The position numbers and the translations under genes were made by a program. From Eledone cirrhosa (taxonomy: Eukaryota), in NCBI GenBank assembly GCA_964016885.1, contig OZ024743.1:217744001-217808000 (forward strand): 64,000 nucleotides of DNA. The letters run 5' to 3'. The notes beneath the pieces are model-generated. The model did no database searches. It was not told the DNA's origin and saw only the letters and a list, made by a program, of their open reading frames with translations. Shown in pieces: positions 43,011-55,189 of the stretch (the stretch's first letter is position 1; each line of letters starts with the position of its first letter).

Positions 43011-44284
43011 TAAGAGGATAGTTTGAAGTAGTTAGTGTATGCAATAGTTACACGTGGGGCATGCACGTGTGTCTTATTTATATAAGATTATTGTGCGGCA
43101 TGGTGTTATATGCAATACAAGCACTTTAAGCGGGTAATCAAGAGTATTATGGGGGGTTGTATTGGTAAGGTATTTTTTATGTATGATAAAGAAGCTTGTG
43201 TGCAGAGAAATATTAAAAATGAGAAGCAAAATAATGTTATGGTTTTTGTATACACCACCATTTTCACAATCCAGGAAACGTAATATATAGATTATATGTC
43301 CTTCACATAATTAACGATGATTCAGTATTGGATGCTTGATGTATTAGGTTAGATTATTACAGCTTGTTGTTCTTTAATCCAATTTTATAGAGCAGGTTGT
43401 TTTTGTTGCGAGAATTTACATCGTTTTATTTTCCGGAAGTATGTGTGTGATTAAGGGGAGTTAATGCGTGATGGGAGGTAACTAGCTGATTTCTATAACT
43501 AAATTTATTATTCCAATGTACATTAAACGGTGTCTCAATTGAGTCCCTTACATATATGGTTATAAACAGTTTCTAAATTTAAGTATCCTATCTTTAAATT
43601 ACAGTCTACTCTATCAAGAAGTACTAAAGGTATCCATATTAGGATGATTACACTCTATCATAGAGCGCCACCACTGAATATTCGACATGAAGAGTCAGAT
43701 CTCCAAATCAATGATCTTTGTAAATGTAGTCTACCCACAGAACCTGGCAGGGTTTTATTAGAACCACGTCTATATACAACCCCTGGTAAGCTCTGGGTCA
43801 GCGCATGTTTGATTGCACGGCAAAGTTAAATATCTCTAGGGTAGACCAGAGAGCAATTTTCACTTACAATGTCATTAATCTGTCTATCAAGTCATACATG
43901 TATGTATAACTCATATACCACTTGTACATAATTCATTGTACTCAACATATAGGTTATATAGCTCTTTTATGTTATGTATGGCACTCCATACATACAACAA
44001 CATTTGCACAAATAATTCAGTGTTTAAAGTTTACATATAATTATATAGTGATATAATGTAGTCTAAGTAATTGAAGGCAATTATACTAAAAGTAGGTGTA
44101 CATGGGGATATTTCTAGGGTAAAAGGTTCTAGATAGATGTCACTAATTGTGTTAAGATAGATATCACTAATTGTGTTAAGATAGGGTGGATCATTGAGTG
44201 TGGAGTTATGGTGTAAGGTGTGCCCTTGAGGTGTGTTACTAGAAGTGGTGATGGGTTCAAGTCTAAAGTTGCTATATATTGGGT

Positions 44285-46928
44285 TTAAAGTTTTGGAAGG
44301 AGTGTCGGAAGAGGTGCTGGCATGACGCGAACACTTCTGATTTTTTTATTAAGGAGGTTATGGTTTGAGAAGATAATGGTATGGGTCTCTAGTAGACAGA
44401 GGTTACAAAATTTATTAGGTGGTGTGTACGATGTCGCCTTACCTATCACTTCCCATTTAAGTGTATAAGATCTATTTTTAGTTTTTATATAGTGTATGTA
44501 GCTAGATAGTGAAGTGGAGTTGGCTAGACTGTGTTTTTTGAAAGAGTGGAGGTGCGAATTGTATCTGGTTTTGAAGCAGTTTGAAGTAGAGCCTATATAT
44601 GTTTCAGAAGAGTTGCTAGTTGTGACGGTGCATGAGTATATGATATCCTTGATTAAGCATGTTTTATCTAAAGGGCAGGTTCTATTAGATCTAGAGTTAC
44701 AATTATTCTGGGTGTTAGTCTGCCGGTTATTATGTTGTGTAGAAGTCTGGATGGTAGCTGTAGGATTATGGTTATGGGGGTTGCCGTTCCCAGCGTTATT
44801 GCTTACACTAGTGCTAATACTATTATTACTATTGTTATCAGGGTTAGTTGATATAATGTTATTTTGAAGGTTTACCGCCTGTTGTGATTTAGTTTGTTGG
44901 ATGTAAGAATTAATTTTTCTTTTATTGCTACTAGCTATGTGGTATGCTATGTTAGGCGTAGTAGAGTATGAGATTTTAATAGTGTTTTTGTTTAAAAGGC
45001 TATGGTACTTGTGGCCGGTTTGGAAGTTTTTATCCAGTAGTGAGAAGAAAGCACTTGGTAGGTTGGTGGAGACGTTTAGATTGAAAGGAGGGTTGAAAAA
45101 TGTATTATTTCTTCTTCTATTTTTGTTTTTTATGTCTGGTGAGTTGTTTCCTTTTATGGTACTATGGTAACTTCTGTGGTGTGGGTTACGTTTGTTGGCA
45201 TCCTTCGTATTAGTGTGTGTGTGGTTGCTATTCTTATTACTAAATTTCCTCATGGACATATTGTGCGAAATAATGTTGTAGCTATGTGTTTTTGTAGGTA
45301 GGAACTCGATCTCTATATTATGGCCTGATCTAGCTAATGCCTGATTATAATATTGCGAGTTTTTGCTAAATATGTTTACGTCATAGGATAGATTAGAGAT
45401 TCTATTGGATACTCCCTTAGAGATAGAGTTTAATATTGATCTAGGGTGGTTAGACTTGGTATCTACGTAAATCAGTTTTTCGTTAGGTTTATGGAAAGGT
45501 GTATCTATCTTTGAGTCTAGGTAGAGGGTGGCGTCTAGGAAGTTAACGTTTTTAATGTTTTTGTCTATGGCGATACTAAGGTTATAGTTTTTGAATGTCT
45601 TGTGTAATAGTTTTCTAGTCCTTTCTATATTGAATTTTTTATAGTCTATAAGTAGAAGTGCATCGTCGCGGTAGAAACCACCGTTGAGGTGTGGAAGGTC
45701 CTTATGGATTTCGTTAAGTAAATATAGGCCGACCAAATCAGTGACCTGCGCCGAGTCACTAGATCCCATGGTTATGTCGAAGTTGTTTTGCGTATCCTTG
45801 CGGGTCCATAATTGGTCTTCAAGGGTGATTATGGTTTTACGGGCTGCAAGTATGACATCAATCTCGGGTCTAGTCAGGTCACTATTGTCCATGGCCATGA
45901 TTAGTGCCTTATTTAATAGGATAGGGGAAATAGAGGTGTAGTATGAATTGATATCAAATTGAATACATTTGTTATCCTTGTTATCCTTGATATCTTTGAA
46001 CTATTCAATAACTTCACCCGTATTTCCCCATTGTTTAAGGTATATCTTGTGTTTAATCTGTGGGATGATTTTATCTAAAATGTTCTTACTGATAATGCCA
46101 ATGTCAGACTTGGAAGGGCAGATAAGTCTAATCGAGGGGTTACTAATGAAGTCCTCCTTATGGTCCTTCAGAGAGAATCTAGGGGGGGGGGGTATATGGT
46201 TGTGTATGTCTCTGAAGTCCTAGTTTGGACACTATATTATAGCCTTCCATATTAATATCTTCCAAGTTTTTCATAGTAGTTTTCTTGTAGCTTTTATGCA
46301 GTTCATTATATATAAACTTTCTATATGTATTATAATCTAGGCTGTATATGTTATTAGTTTTGTCCGCATGTACAATAATTTTATTACTAGTTTTGAATTC
46401 ATTAATAGAGGTGTTAAGTTTGTTTAAGGTGTTGTTTTTATTACGGTCTTTTTGTCTTTAATGTTCTTAACTAGTTTTATTAGGTCATTTTCGAAGGAGT
46501 TTAGTAGTGTGTTGTGAGGGGGGCTTCTAAAGGTTTTAAACCGAAGGAGTCGAATTTGTTAGTATTATTAACCTTGTTAGGGCGGTGGATTGGCAGTATC
46601 GGTAGAGGGTCGGACGCCATACTTTGATGCAAAGAGTTACGTCCCTTTACGATCTGAGTTCAAATCCCGCCGAGGTTAACTTTGCCTTTCATCCTTACGG
46701 GGTCGATAAAATAAAGTACCAGTAATGTACTGGGTAATTGCTGGCCTTGTGCCAAAAGTAGAAACAATTATTAACCTTGTTAGATTTGTTTTTATCATAA
46801 TGGAATGTCCCCCATCTCACTCTATTGATAAAGGAGTTTACACTGGCGATCAATAATTTCTCATATGTATTATTGGATAGTATTGGTATGTTCTTGGTTG
46901 ACATAGGGAGTTGGTCTTTGATCAGCAT
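44285..46928 (-). pseudogene. Penelope-like RT + C-terminal GIY-YIG endonuclease (Hydra-clade-like)
   Basis: LKDHKEDFISNPSIRLICP, FDITMGSSDSAQVTDLVGLY, GFYRDDAL, NFLDATL, SNHP, FFNPPF, CNSRSNRTCPLDKTC (Cx[C>S]x5Cx5C), IIY...YIGST...FKTRYNSH, CNLCLLE. N-terminus 46695-46928 is separated by a SINE. Confidence 0.9.
46581..46766 (+). mobile_element. Young tRNA-derived SINE with 17-bp TSD inside the PLE ORF
   Basis: attattaaccttgttag at 46564-46580 and 46767-46783. A box tggcagtatcgg, B box gagttcaaatccc. Confidence 0.95.
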
Positions 46929-47395
46929 ACTGGTAATTTATTGTATGTCAGCTCAACAGTATGGAGCAGTTATTAGTATTAAGGATACTATTTATGGTTA
47001 TGTATATACTAAAACTTTTTATAGTTATATATATTTTAAACCCTAAACAGTGAAAGACAGTAATTTATTACTACCTTATTACCAGTAAGATAAATAGCTC
47101 AATGTAATAACATCAGTTGTTCTACAGAGCAGTTATATAGAAATCACATGAATCAAAGTTCTGTTCAAACCATTTAACATATATATGTATATATATATAT
47201 ACGAGAGAAAGGAAAATCAGTGCGGCTCAGTACCCTCTACATGTAAATATCTTGGGGCCGCGTTCAAAAGTGTTGGAAGTCAATAGATTGTGTTAAGTGC
47301 AAGAAATCCAGGAATTGGTAGAGTAAGGCGCCAACTTTAGCATTCAGTAATCAAAAGAAGGGCGGTTGTTGTAAATATATATATATATATATATA

Positions 47396-47890
47396 TGAAA
47401 GCTGCCCCCTCGTTATCGAGTATGGCCATTGCACGATCGTGCAATGCTTGTGCGTGAAGATATTTTTTAAAGTGAGGAAAGATTGTGCACTGAGCCAATC
47501 CCACTCTCTGAGCGACAGTAGCTATAACCCGAAAAGAAGAGAAAATCAACATCATCGGTAACTACTGAGCCGCAGGTTCTATATCGGAGTTATCCCAGTT
47601 TACTGAGTTGCATTCTCCTAGAAAATGCCCTGACAAAGACTAGGGGTCCTTACTCCCAGTGGTTTAACCGCGTGGTACATGTGTATATACATATTTACAC
47701 ACTTTCGGATGGCCGTTGACTCTTATGAGTTCTTCCGCCCTTTGTCAGGTTTTGCTTGAGGGTGACCAAAATCACCCTCCCCACCAAATTGATGGAGTTG
47801 CCGGGTTAATCGCCGACGACCCGACGACCCGACCATGCGACAGGTTGTACTGGGTTACATGTTACCAGTAGCACTCAAGAGTGACCCGAC
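47396..47890 (-). mobile_element. Second copy of the 23068-23594 repeat
   Basis: End-to-end similarity, flanked by (TA)n. Confidence 0.78.
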
Positions 47891-47934
<44 letters not shown>

Positions 47935-47939
<5 letters not shown>

Positions 47940-48725
47940 AATGAGCGGAACAAGCAAACATTAAACAATCTTTTAAATAAATTAAAATACGATTTAAATA
48001 TTCACCTGTTCTAGTGCTGTGATCGACGGTTTTGCTTATCAAAAGATTGGAAATTCAGAGAATTTCCAATGGAAAGAATCAGCTCTTCCAAACTACGAGA
48101 CATAAAGCCTCGTAGTTAGTAAATATATCGCTTTCTGTCCGGTGCATGAGGTCAGGCCGTTAAAGTGATCCACACACAAATAGGCCGTAAGAAAAAGCGG
48201 GAATTATAGACATGTTGGTATTTCATGTTACTAGAAATAGCAGCACCATACAACATTTTTTCTCTACATAGAAGGAGAATACATATAAATGATATAAATA
48301 ATCCAGTAGGTACTAAGTACCCCCGGAAATATACATGGTGGCTATAACAGTTGTTATTCAATGGTACTAATTTGAGATACCAGAACTATAAAAATGAGCG
48401 GAACAAGCAAACATTAAACAATCTTTTAAATAAATTAAAATACGACTTAAATATTCACCTGTTCTAGTGGTGTTACCGACGGTTTCGCTTATCAAAAGAT
48501 TGGAAATTCAGAGAATTTCCAATGGGAAGAATCAGTTCTTCAGACAGCTATTTCCAAACCACGAGGCATAACGTCTCGTAGTTAGTAAATATATCGCTTT
48601 CTGTCGGGTGCATGAGGTCAGGCCGTTAAAGTGACCCACACATAAATAGGCCGTAAGGAAAAGCAGGAATTATAGACTTGTTGATATTTCATGTTACTAG
48701 AAATAGCAGCACCATACAACATTAT
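47935..48725 (-). mobile_element. Hammerhead-carrying tandem repeat family G (period 453 nt, about 1.7 units)
   Basis: atgagcggaacaagcaaacattaaacaatc at 47941 and 48394. Hammerhead at 48469-48548 on minus: gctgt-CTGAAGA-actgat..attggaaattc tct gaatttccaat..ataagc-GAAA-ccgtcgg-TA-aca. The first unit has a 13-bp deletion in the core. Confidence 0.85.
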
Positions 48726-48832
48726 ATATATTTATAGGGAATGTAACGTCGATATACAGTAGGTTCACCAAACTGAGCAATTGATGCGTAGTTTCCAGTA
48801 TGTATAGAGGTGTAGAACAAAGCAGAATGTAA

Positions 48833-48986
48833 TAATAATAAAAAGGACGATATGTTATATCTTCATTACGTTTATTGAGTAGTGACGTGCGTTTCGTTAT
48901 TGATTAGCACTGATCAATATCGAAACACGCGTCACAACTCAACTGAATGTAATGAAGATATAATATATCGTCCTTTTTATCATTAT
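48833..48986. repeat. Imperfect fold-back palindrome with arms of about 75 bp
   Basis: ataaaaaggacgatatgttatatcttcattac...tgattag/ctgatca...gtaatgaagatataatatatcgtcctttttat. Confidence 0.85.
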
Positions 48987-49014
48987 ATATATATAAATAT
49001 AGATAGAGTGATAA

Positions 49015-49015
<1 letters not shown>

Positions 49016-49058
<43 letters not shown>

Positions 49059-49065
49059 GTAGATA
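49016..49065. repeat. (GATA)n array at the 3' end of Tx1 element B
   Basis: Direct inspection. Confidence 0.95.
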
Positions 49066-49313
49066 TGTTTCTTTATTAGCCACAGCGGCACAAAAGAAGG
49101 GGACAAATACAAAGGGGGAAGTTTACATACAATAAAAACGTGTAAAATATAATGACAAATGCAATTTAAAAAATTAGTCGATTTTCCCCAATAAGGGGAG
49201 ACAGTTCATATGGGTAAAACATACCCCCCCCCCAAAAAAAAAAATGTGCAACCCTCATCTCCAGGAGTACGAAGAGTTTGTACCCCTTTCCTCTCTTCCT
49301 CTTTTTCCTCAAC

Positions 49314-52300
49314 CTACAGGCTGATATAGAGAGAAGGCCCATTCACTCGGGCCATTCTCGCCACTTTCACCCACCTTTCATAAAACTTGCTGGGGTACAG
49401 CACCTCTCTCTCCATCCTGATTCTTCTTACAAAGTGGTATTTGAAAAAAAGAATCAGTTGTTGGCCGGAGAGAAAGGTGTCTGACCTCAGCCCTTTCAAC
49501 CTTGTCCACAATACAACCTCTTTCGCCATAGCTATCACACAAAGGAAAACCGCCTCTCCTTCGTTTTTGAAGGAGGGTGGCGGTTTGATCATGACAATGG
49601 ACTCGGTGGTCAACCGGATTTGTCCAACCCGCGACAATAGTCGTTCTACATAGCCCCACAGGTCAGTGATACCTGGACAGTGTATGAATGCGTGAGCGAC
49701 GGTTTCTTCGTCTCGCACGCACCTCGGACAGATCTTTTTTGCAGGGTCCCTGCCCGGGCGCCCATGTCTGTAGAGCTTGTCTCGAACTGGTAGAGCTCCT
49801 CGGTAGCACTGCCAGGCCAGGGACTTTTGGATGTTGTCCATCGGTCCCGGGCGGAAGGTCCTACTGAACAGACTGGCCAGTTCATCTTCCTCTACACCTA
49901 GAGTTTCACCGAGCGCGTCGTCGCACTTGCTGCGGATCAACCCTCTATAGAATGACGAAGTGGAGACTCCACTGATCACCGGATCCGCCTGCCAGAGGGC
50001 TGTGAGCGCCTGAGCACATTCGATGTGCCAGTCGTCCATTTTCCTCGGTCTTTGCTTGACCCAGGACTGCAGCTCGGTCAGCTAGATGAGTCGTGGGAAG
50101 GCTCGCCTCACGAACGGGACCCACACCGGTTGTCCGGTGAGGAATACGTAGAGATGCCGCAGCCTGAGCGCGTGTTTGCGCATCGTCAACCACGGCATCC
50201 CCAGCCCCCCGTTAGAAGGGTGTTGGCAGCAGATGGATCTTCTCACCAAAGGAGCCCGCCACTTCCAAAGGAATTGAAAGAGCGCGCGCTCCATTTTGGT
50301 GAACGTTTTGGCTGGACAAGGCACGACGGTCAAGCGGTAGTAGATGGCGGACGCTATAAAAGTGTTCGCCACCTCCGCTCGACCTTTCAAGGATAGTTTG
50401 CACTCGGCCCACTTCTGGGTGAGTGCAAACACCTTGGCCGTCACTTCGTTCCAGTTCTTCTCCATCTGGAGGTCCGGACCGAACCAGATCCCGAGCATAT
50501 TTACCGGTCCTTCCGTCCAGCATCGGTTTGCTTCTCGACGATCCGAGTTGAAAACCGATGGACTTGTCCCGGTTCAGCTTCGCTCCTGTGAAACTTTCGT
50601 ATTCCTTCAGTAAGGTGCCGACTTCCTCGATTTGCGAGGCGGTCAACACCAGTACTGTAACTTCGTCGACCTAGGCCGACGCCGCTTTCCGCAGTCCCGG
50701 TTCCAGAGAGAGCCCTGCAATAGCTCCAACTTCCGCAGTAGTGGCCCGAGAGTCAGTACGTACAGAAGGGAGGAGAGAGGGCATCTCTGTCGAATGGATC
50801 GCATAATATGGAACGGCTCCGAGAGGTAGCCGTTCACCTTGACCCTTGAGCAGATGTTGCTGTTGTGCATTGCAGCAATCCAGCCCCTGAACACGGGTCC
50901 GAAGCCTGCCGCCTCGAGCACCGCATCCAGGTAACGATGGTCAACCCTATCGAAAGCCTTAGACTGATCCAAGTTGATCAGGGCCCCACCGAAGCCGGGT
51001 TTACACCCACCCTCTCTATGATGTATCGCATGAGGTGGAGGTTGTCGTGTATGGACCTTGTCGGGATTGCGCATGTCTGCGCTTCTCCCACCGGGTTGCC
51101 GACAACAAGCGCCAGCCTCTTTGCCAACACCTTGGCCAAAATCTGTAACTTTGTGTTTAGCAGAGTAAATGGGCCGGAAGTTGCCTATGTCATCCCCCTT
51201 ATTCTCGTCCTTCCTGACTAGTGTGACTACGCCCCCGGTCACAGAATTGGGAATGCTCCCGTTCTGTTGCCAGTTGCAGTAAACCGCTTCCAGGAGACCG
51301 GAGAATAAGTCCGGCATTGCTACGTAAAATTCGTAGGGTAGACCCTCGAGACCTGGAGATTTGCGTTTGCCGCATTGGCTCAGCGCGTCCCCTTTCTCAG
51401 CGGCTGAAATCGGCTTTTCGCAGAAATTTGCCTCGCTGTCCGAGAGTCGCGGTAGGCCGTCGAGGTATGGACCGAAATCCATAGCCCCTCCCGGCGCGCT
51501 GCCCCGCCCGAACAGTTGAACAAAGTGCCGCTGAAAGGGCGCACACGTCTGCTTCGGACCACGTATCACGCGTCCGTTTTGGTCCTACAAAGACCGAATC
51601 GTGGACTTGTTGCCACTTTTTGCCTCCGTCACTTGGGCACAGATAACAGCTTTGGCTCCCTCGTTTCACAGAGCACGTATTTTGTTTTTGACAACGCAGC
51701 CCTCGTTCTTTGCGTCGAAGAACTGGTCCAAGGCCGTTCTCGTTGCTAGCACGCTGGCTACGTTGCCGCTTCGAATTGCCTCTTCTACTTTATCTACCAG
51801 TTCCTTCTCGGTTCTATTTCTATCTAACGCTAATTCTTTACTAAAATCTAACGAGTCTAATCTAACTGCCCTCTTGAGAGAGCACCACCATCTGTTGTTG
51901 GCCACTGTCAAGTGCTGTTTAACTAAAGTACTAATCCGTCTACTGTAGGCTTTGCTTGTCGGTAACGACAATTTCAGCTTCCAGTAGCCGGGTCCTTGTC
52001 TATGTGTTCTATCAAGGTTGGCCATGCAGGTCACTAGTTTGTGATCTGAATAGGCAACCATGAACATTTGTGGTCCGCTTAACATGTCCCTATCCTTTTT
52101 TATAACTAGAACCCTATCTAGGTACGATCTAGATGTTCCGCTGAGATTAGTCCACGTCCACAGTGACACAGTCGGAAAATCTAGTCGATATCTATCGGCC
52201 AGCTCAAATCGGTCGATTAACTGCTTGAGGCAGTTACACCCACCTTTATCGGGACATGCTCCCACATTATACCAACGTGCATCTAGGATTCCATTCCAGT

Positions 52301-52725
52301 CCCCAACTAAAAGCAAGCAGCGGGACGTTCCCAGAAAAGTCTCTAGACGTTTGAAGAAGTCTGGCCGCGGTATCCGGGATGGGGCATATACAGCCACCAG
52401 CCTGAAGGCTCCACCTTCACTACCGTCAACGTCTAGGACCACCAGTGGACCCTCCGGGTCTAGATGTACCGTCTGTGTTACGAGGCCCAGGTATTTTCGC
52501 AGCAAAACGGCAACCCCGCCCCCACCCCCACTCCCGGCCGACAGAGAGATGCGTAGATCTTAAAGTCATCGAAGATGGAGGCTAGCTGTCGCTCGCTGTG
52601 GATCCTGGACTCGCAAATGGCTACTACATCCATACTGTGCGACTTGAGGTCGTTTAAGAGTTTGCCCTGTTTCCAGGGCATCCCCAGGCCGCGTACATCA
52701 CACATCCAACTCTTATATTGGCCAT
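49314..52725 (-). pseudogene. Tx1-type ORF2 (APE-RT-zf-RVT), copy B, disrupted
   Basis: ORF pieces 52478-52705, 51666-52505, 50643-51569, 50082-50498, 49314-50039. The YADD region is degenerate. Confidence 0.88.
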
Positions 52726-52756
52726 GTTGGTGCTGAAAAGTTAAGAGGAAAAGAAA

Positions 52757-54557
52757 TCACTCACTCCTCGTCTCCTGTGGACCAGCCTGCACGATTTCCC
52801 TGGGCGTGTTTGAGGGGTTGTCTGGGTGGGTGATGGTTTCCGGTGGGGTGGGAACGGAGATGTTTGGTGGGGTGGGGTCTGGTGGGATGGGGGTGTCTGG
52901 GGTGGGGAGACATTTGAGAAGGACGCGGTTAAGTGGTTTCACGCAGGAATTCCCCACATCCTTTTCAAATGTTTCTTTTAGGGACCTATAAGTTTGTATA
53001 GGGACCCTAATCAGTTTAGGTTCAGTTTTTTATTATTTTTAATAGAGTGGGTGAAAGTTTTCCCTTCGGTTTTCACCGAAGGATTGTCGTGATGGTTTCC
53101 ATTAGTGTTTTGTTTTCAGTGTTTATGTAAGTGTAAGTGTAATTTTCTTGTGTTGTGTTTGTTTTTGTCTGTAGTTCTTGTGTGTGCTTTCGTTTTGTTG
53201 TAGGTATTTTGTTTTCAGGAGGTGGGGGTTTTGTTTGTAATGTTTTTGTTGTTTGTGTTGGTGGTTGTATGTTTGTGGTAGTGTTTGCTGTTTTTTTGCT
53301 TTTGTGATGTCTTTTCTTTCTTTTCGAACGATGGGGTTCTCCCTTGTCTTCACTGGGTGATGGCGAGATAGCCTCATCTGTTGTATCGTCTGTGTGATTG
53401 GGGAGGGGTATGTCTTGGGGAGCTGTTGTGTCTGTATGTGATTTTGCAGTGGTTTTAGGTGGAGTGGGTTTGGGTGGGACTGTGCTAGTTGTGGTTATTT
53501 GTGTGTGTTGTTGTTGTTGTGGTGGTGTTGGTGGCTGTGTTGTTTTGATGGGTGTCGGCAGAAGAGTCTTTTTTTACTCATTAATTTAGGACAGGAAGCC
53601 CTCAGGTGACCCCTGCTAAAGCAATGGTAACATGAAGGCCGCCTACCCTCAACCGAAAAGTTTATGTAGGTGAGTCCATCCAGGAGTACACGTTGTGGGA
53701 TCATAGCTATTCGCTCTGGGCTCATTTGCACCAGAACTTCAACGCTAGTCCCATTGAATACATCTCTAGGGGACTTTCCTACTGACAGTATTTTGTCTTC
53801 ATCAAAATTGATGAAGCCGCACATTATCCACCATATGTTCACCTTTGGTGTGACACTCGTGATTTTAATCTTTTGTGTCCCTTTTCCCATGTATGTAGGG
53901 AAAAAGGTATACAGGTTGGATACAATTGGCGACACAGAGTAATTTTGGGCCGTCAATTGATCCTTCATGAGTACCGAAATACTCCCAAAGAGTTTGCTTC
54001 TTTGAATGAATGAAATATCATTCATTGAATTTTTGAAAACCATTTCAATTTCTTTCTGTGACAATTGGACTGCTTTTCGGGTAGAATTGGAAACTGTCCT
54101 AAAAACTATCATTTTGAGAGCAGTTTCCTTGCGAATTTCTATCGGAGAATTGATGCTGAAAGCACCATTCTTTTCGAAAGTGACATATCTCCTAGCGTCC
54201 TTTAAAAGTTGTTCGGCATTTGTTATGTCAAGATATGTCAGTTCCTCCTTTTTCTGAACTGTCTGTGCAAAGGAGATTTTGGTTTCTTTGTGGAATTATC
54301 CGTGTTGGTGGTGTTGTCATTATTGTTGTTATTGTTGTTGTCACTGATGTTGATATTATTCCTATTTTCCTTGTTGTTGGTGTTGTTGTTGTCTTTGATG
54401 CTGGTGTTATTGGTGTTGTCTTTATTTTTTTCTTTGTTGTTGTTGTCATTGTGGTATTTATCATCATTATTGGTGTTGTTATTTTTGTTGTCATTGTACT
54501 GTTTGGTGTCATTTGTGTTGTTTAGATATGAATTTCATTTCGTCTTTCCATCTCCAT
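52757..54557 (-). pseudogene. Tx1-type ORF1 (CCHC knuckle), copy B, disrupted
   Basis: ORF 53495..54112 is homologous to 58968..59852. N/T-rich N-terminus, P/Q-rich C-terminus. Confidence 0.8.
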
Positions 54558-54882
54558 AGTATCTGGGGAAGAAGACGATGTTGACTGCGAGCTATGTAGT
54601 CTTACCGACTCTCCACCACCATTATCGTCGAACGCAGCGTTCATAACGTAATCTAACTTCTTACGATATTTTTTTTCTAAAATTCGATGGAGAAAAAATG
54701 TTTCAAACGAATATTTCGCCCCTGTAAGGGCGAAAATGGGTTTCCCCACCACCTGAAGGTCCAGATGGGGGGTGGGGGTCAAGTTACACGATAATATAAA
54801 TTTTAACTGAAAACCCATGTTTTTTCTTACATAAAATAACGGAAACATCTCCGCGAAGTTACACACGTCTGGTAGAGAGAGG

Positions 54883-54938
<56 letters not shown>
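54883..54938. repeat. (GATA)n array between the two Tx1 elements
   Basis: Direct inspection. Confidence 0.95.
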
Positions 54939-55189
54939 TGTTTCTTTTATTTGCCACCAGGGCATCAAAAGTGGGACAAGTACAAGGGGGGGAGTTTACA
55001 CAAAAAGGCGTCCTCAATAAATAGGAGGCAATAACAATATATAAAAATAATATATAACAAAAAATAAAATTTATAACAAAATCCTCAATAGAGAGGAGGC
55101 ACACACCCCCGAAAAAAGTGTGAAACCCTTTTCCTCAGGAGCACAGAGAGGGGGTGCTCCCTCGTTCCTTCCTCTTTTCCACCTACAGG

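Larger units (their letters stand above)
40741..47176 (-). mobile_element. Probably full-length Hydra-clade-like Penelope element with 41-bp terminal direct repeat, interrupted by a Chapaev3 transposon and a SINE
   Basis: Identical tatagaaatcacatgaatcaaagttctgttcaaaccattta at 40741-40781 and 47136-47176, both next to (TA)n. RT/EN ORF lies inside, hammerhead near the 3' end. Confidence 0.75.
49066..54882 (-). mobile_element. Full-length Tx1/L1-clade LINE, copy B (frameshifted)
   Basis: ORF1 with RRPSCYHCFSRGHLRASC zinc knuckle. ORF2 (ATG 52725) has APE (VYAP, VGDWNG, SYLDR, YSDH), RT (KSPGLEGLPYEFY, LDQSKAFDRVDH) and C-terminal CPRC..E...H...C. Ends aataaagaaac-(atct)n. Confidence 0.92.
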
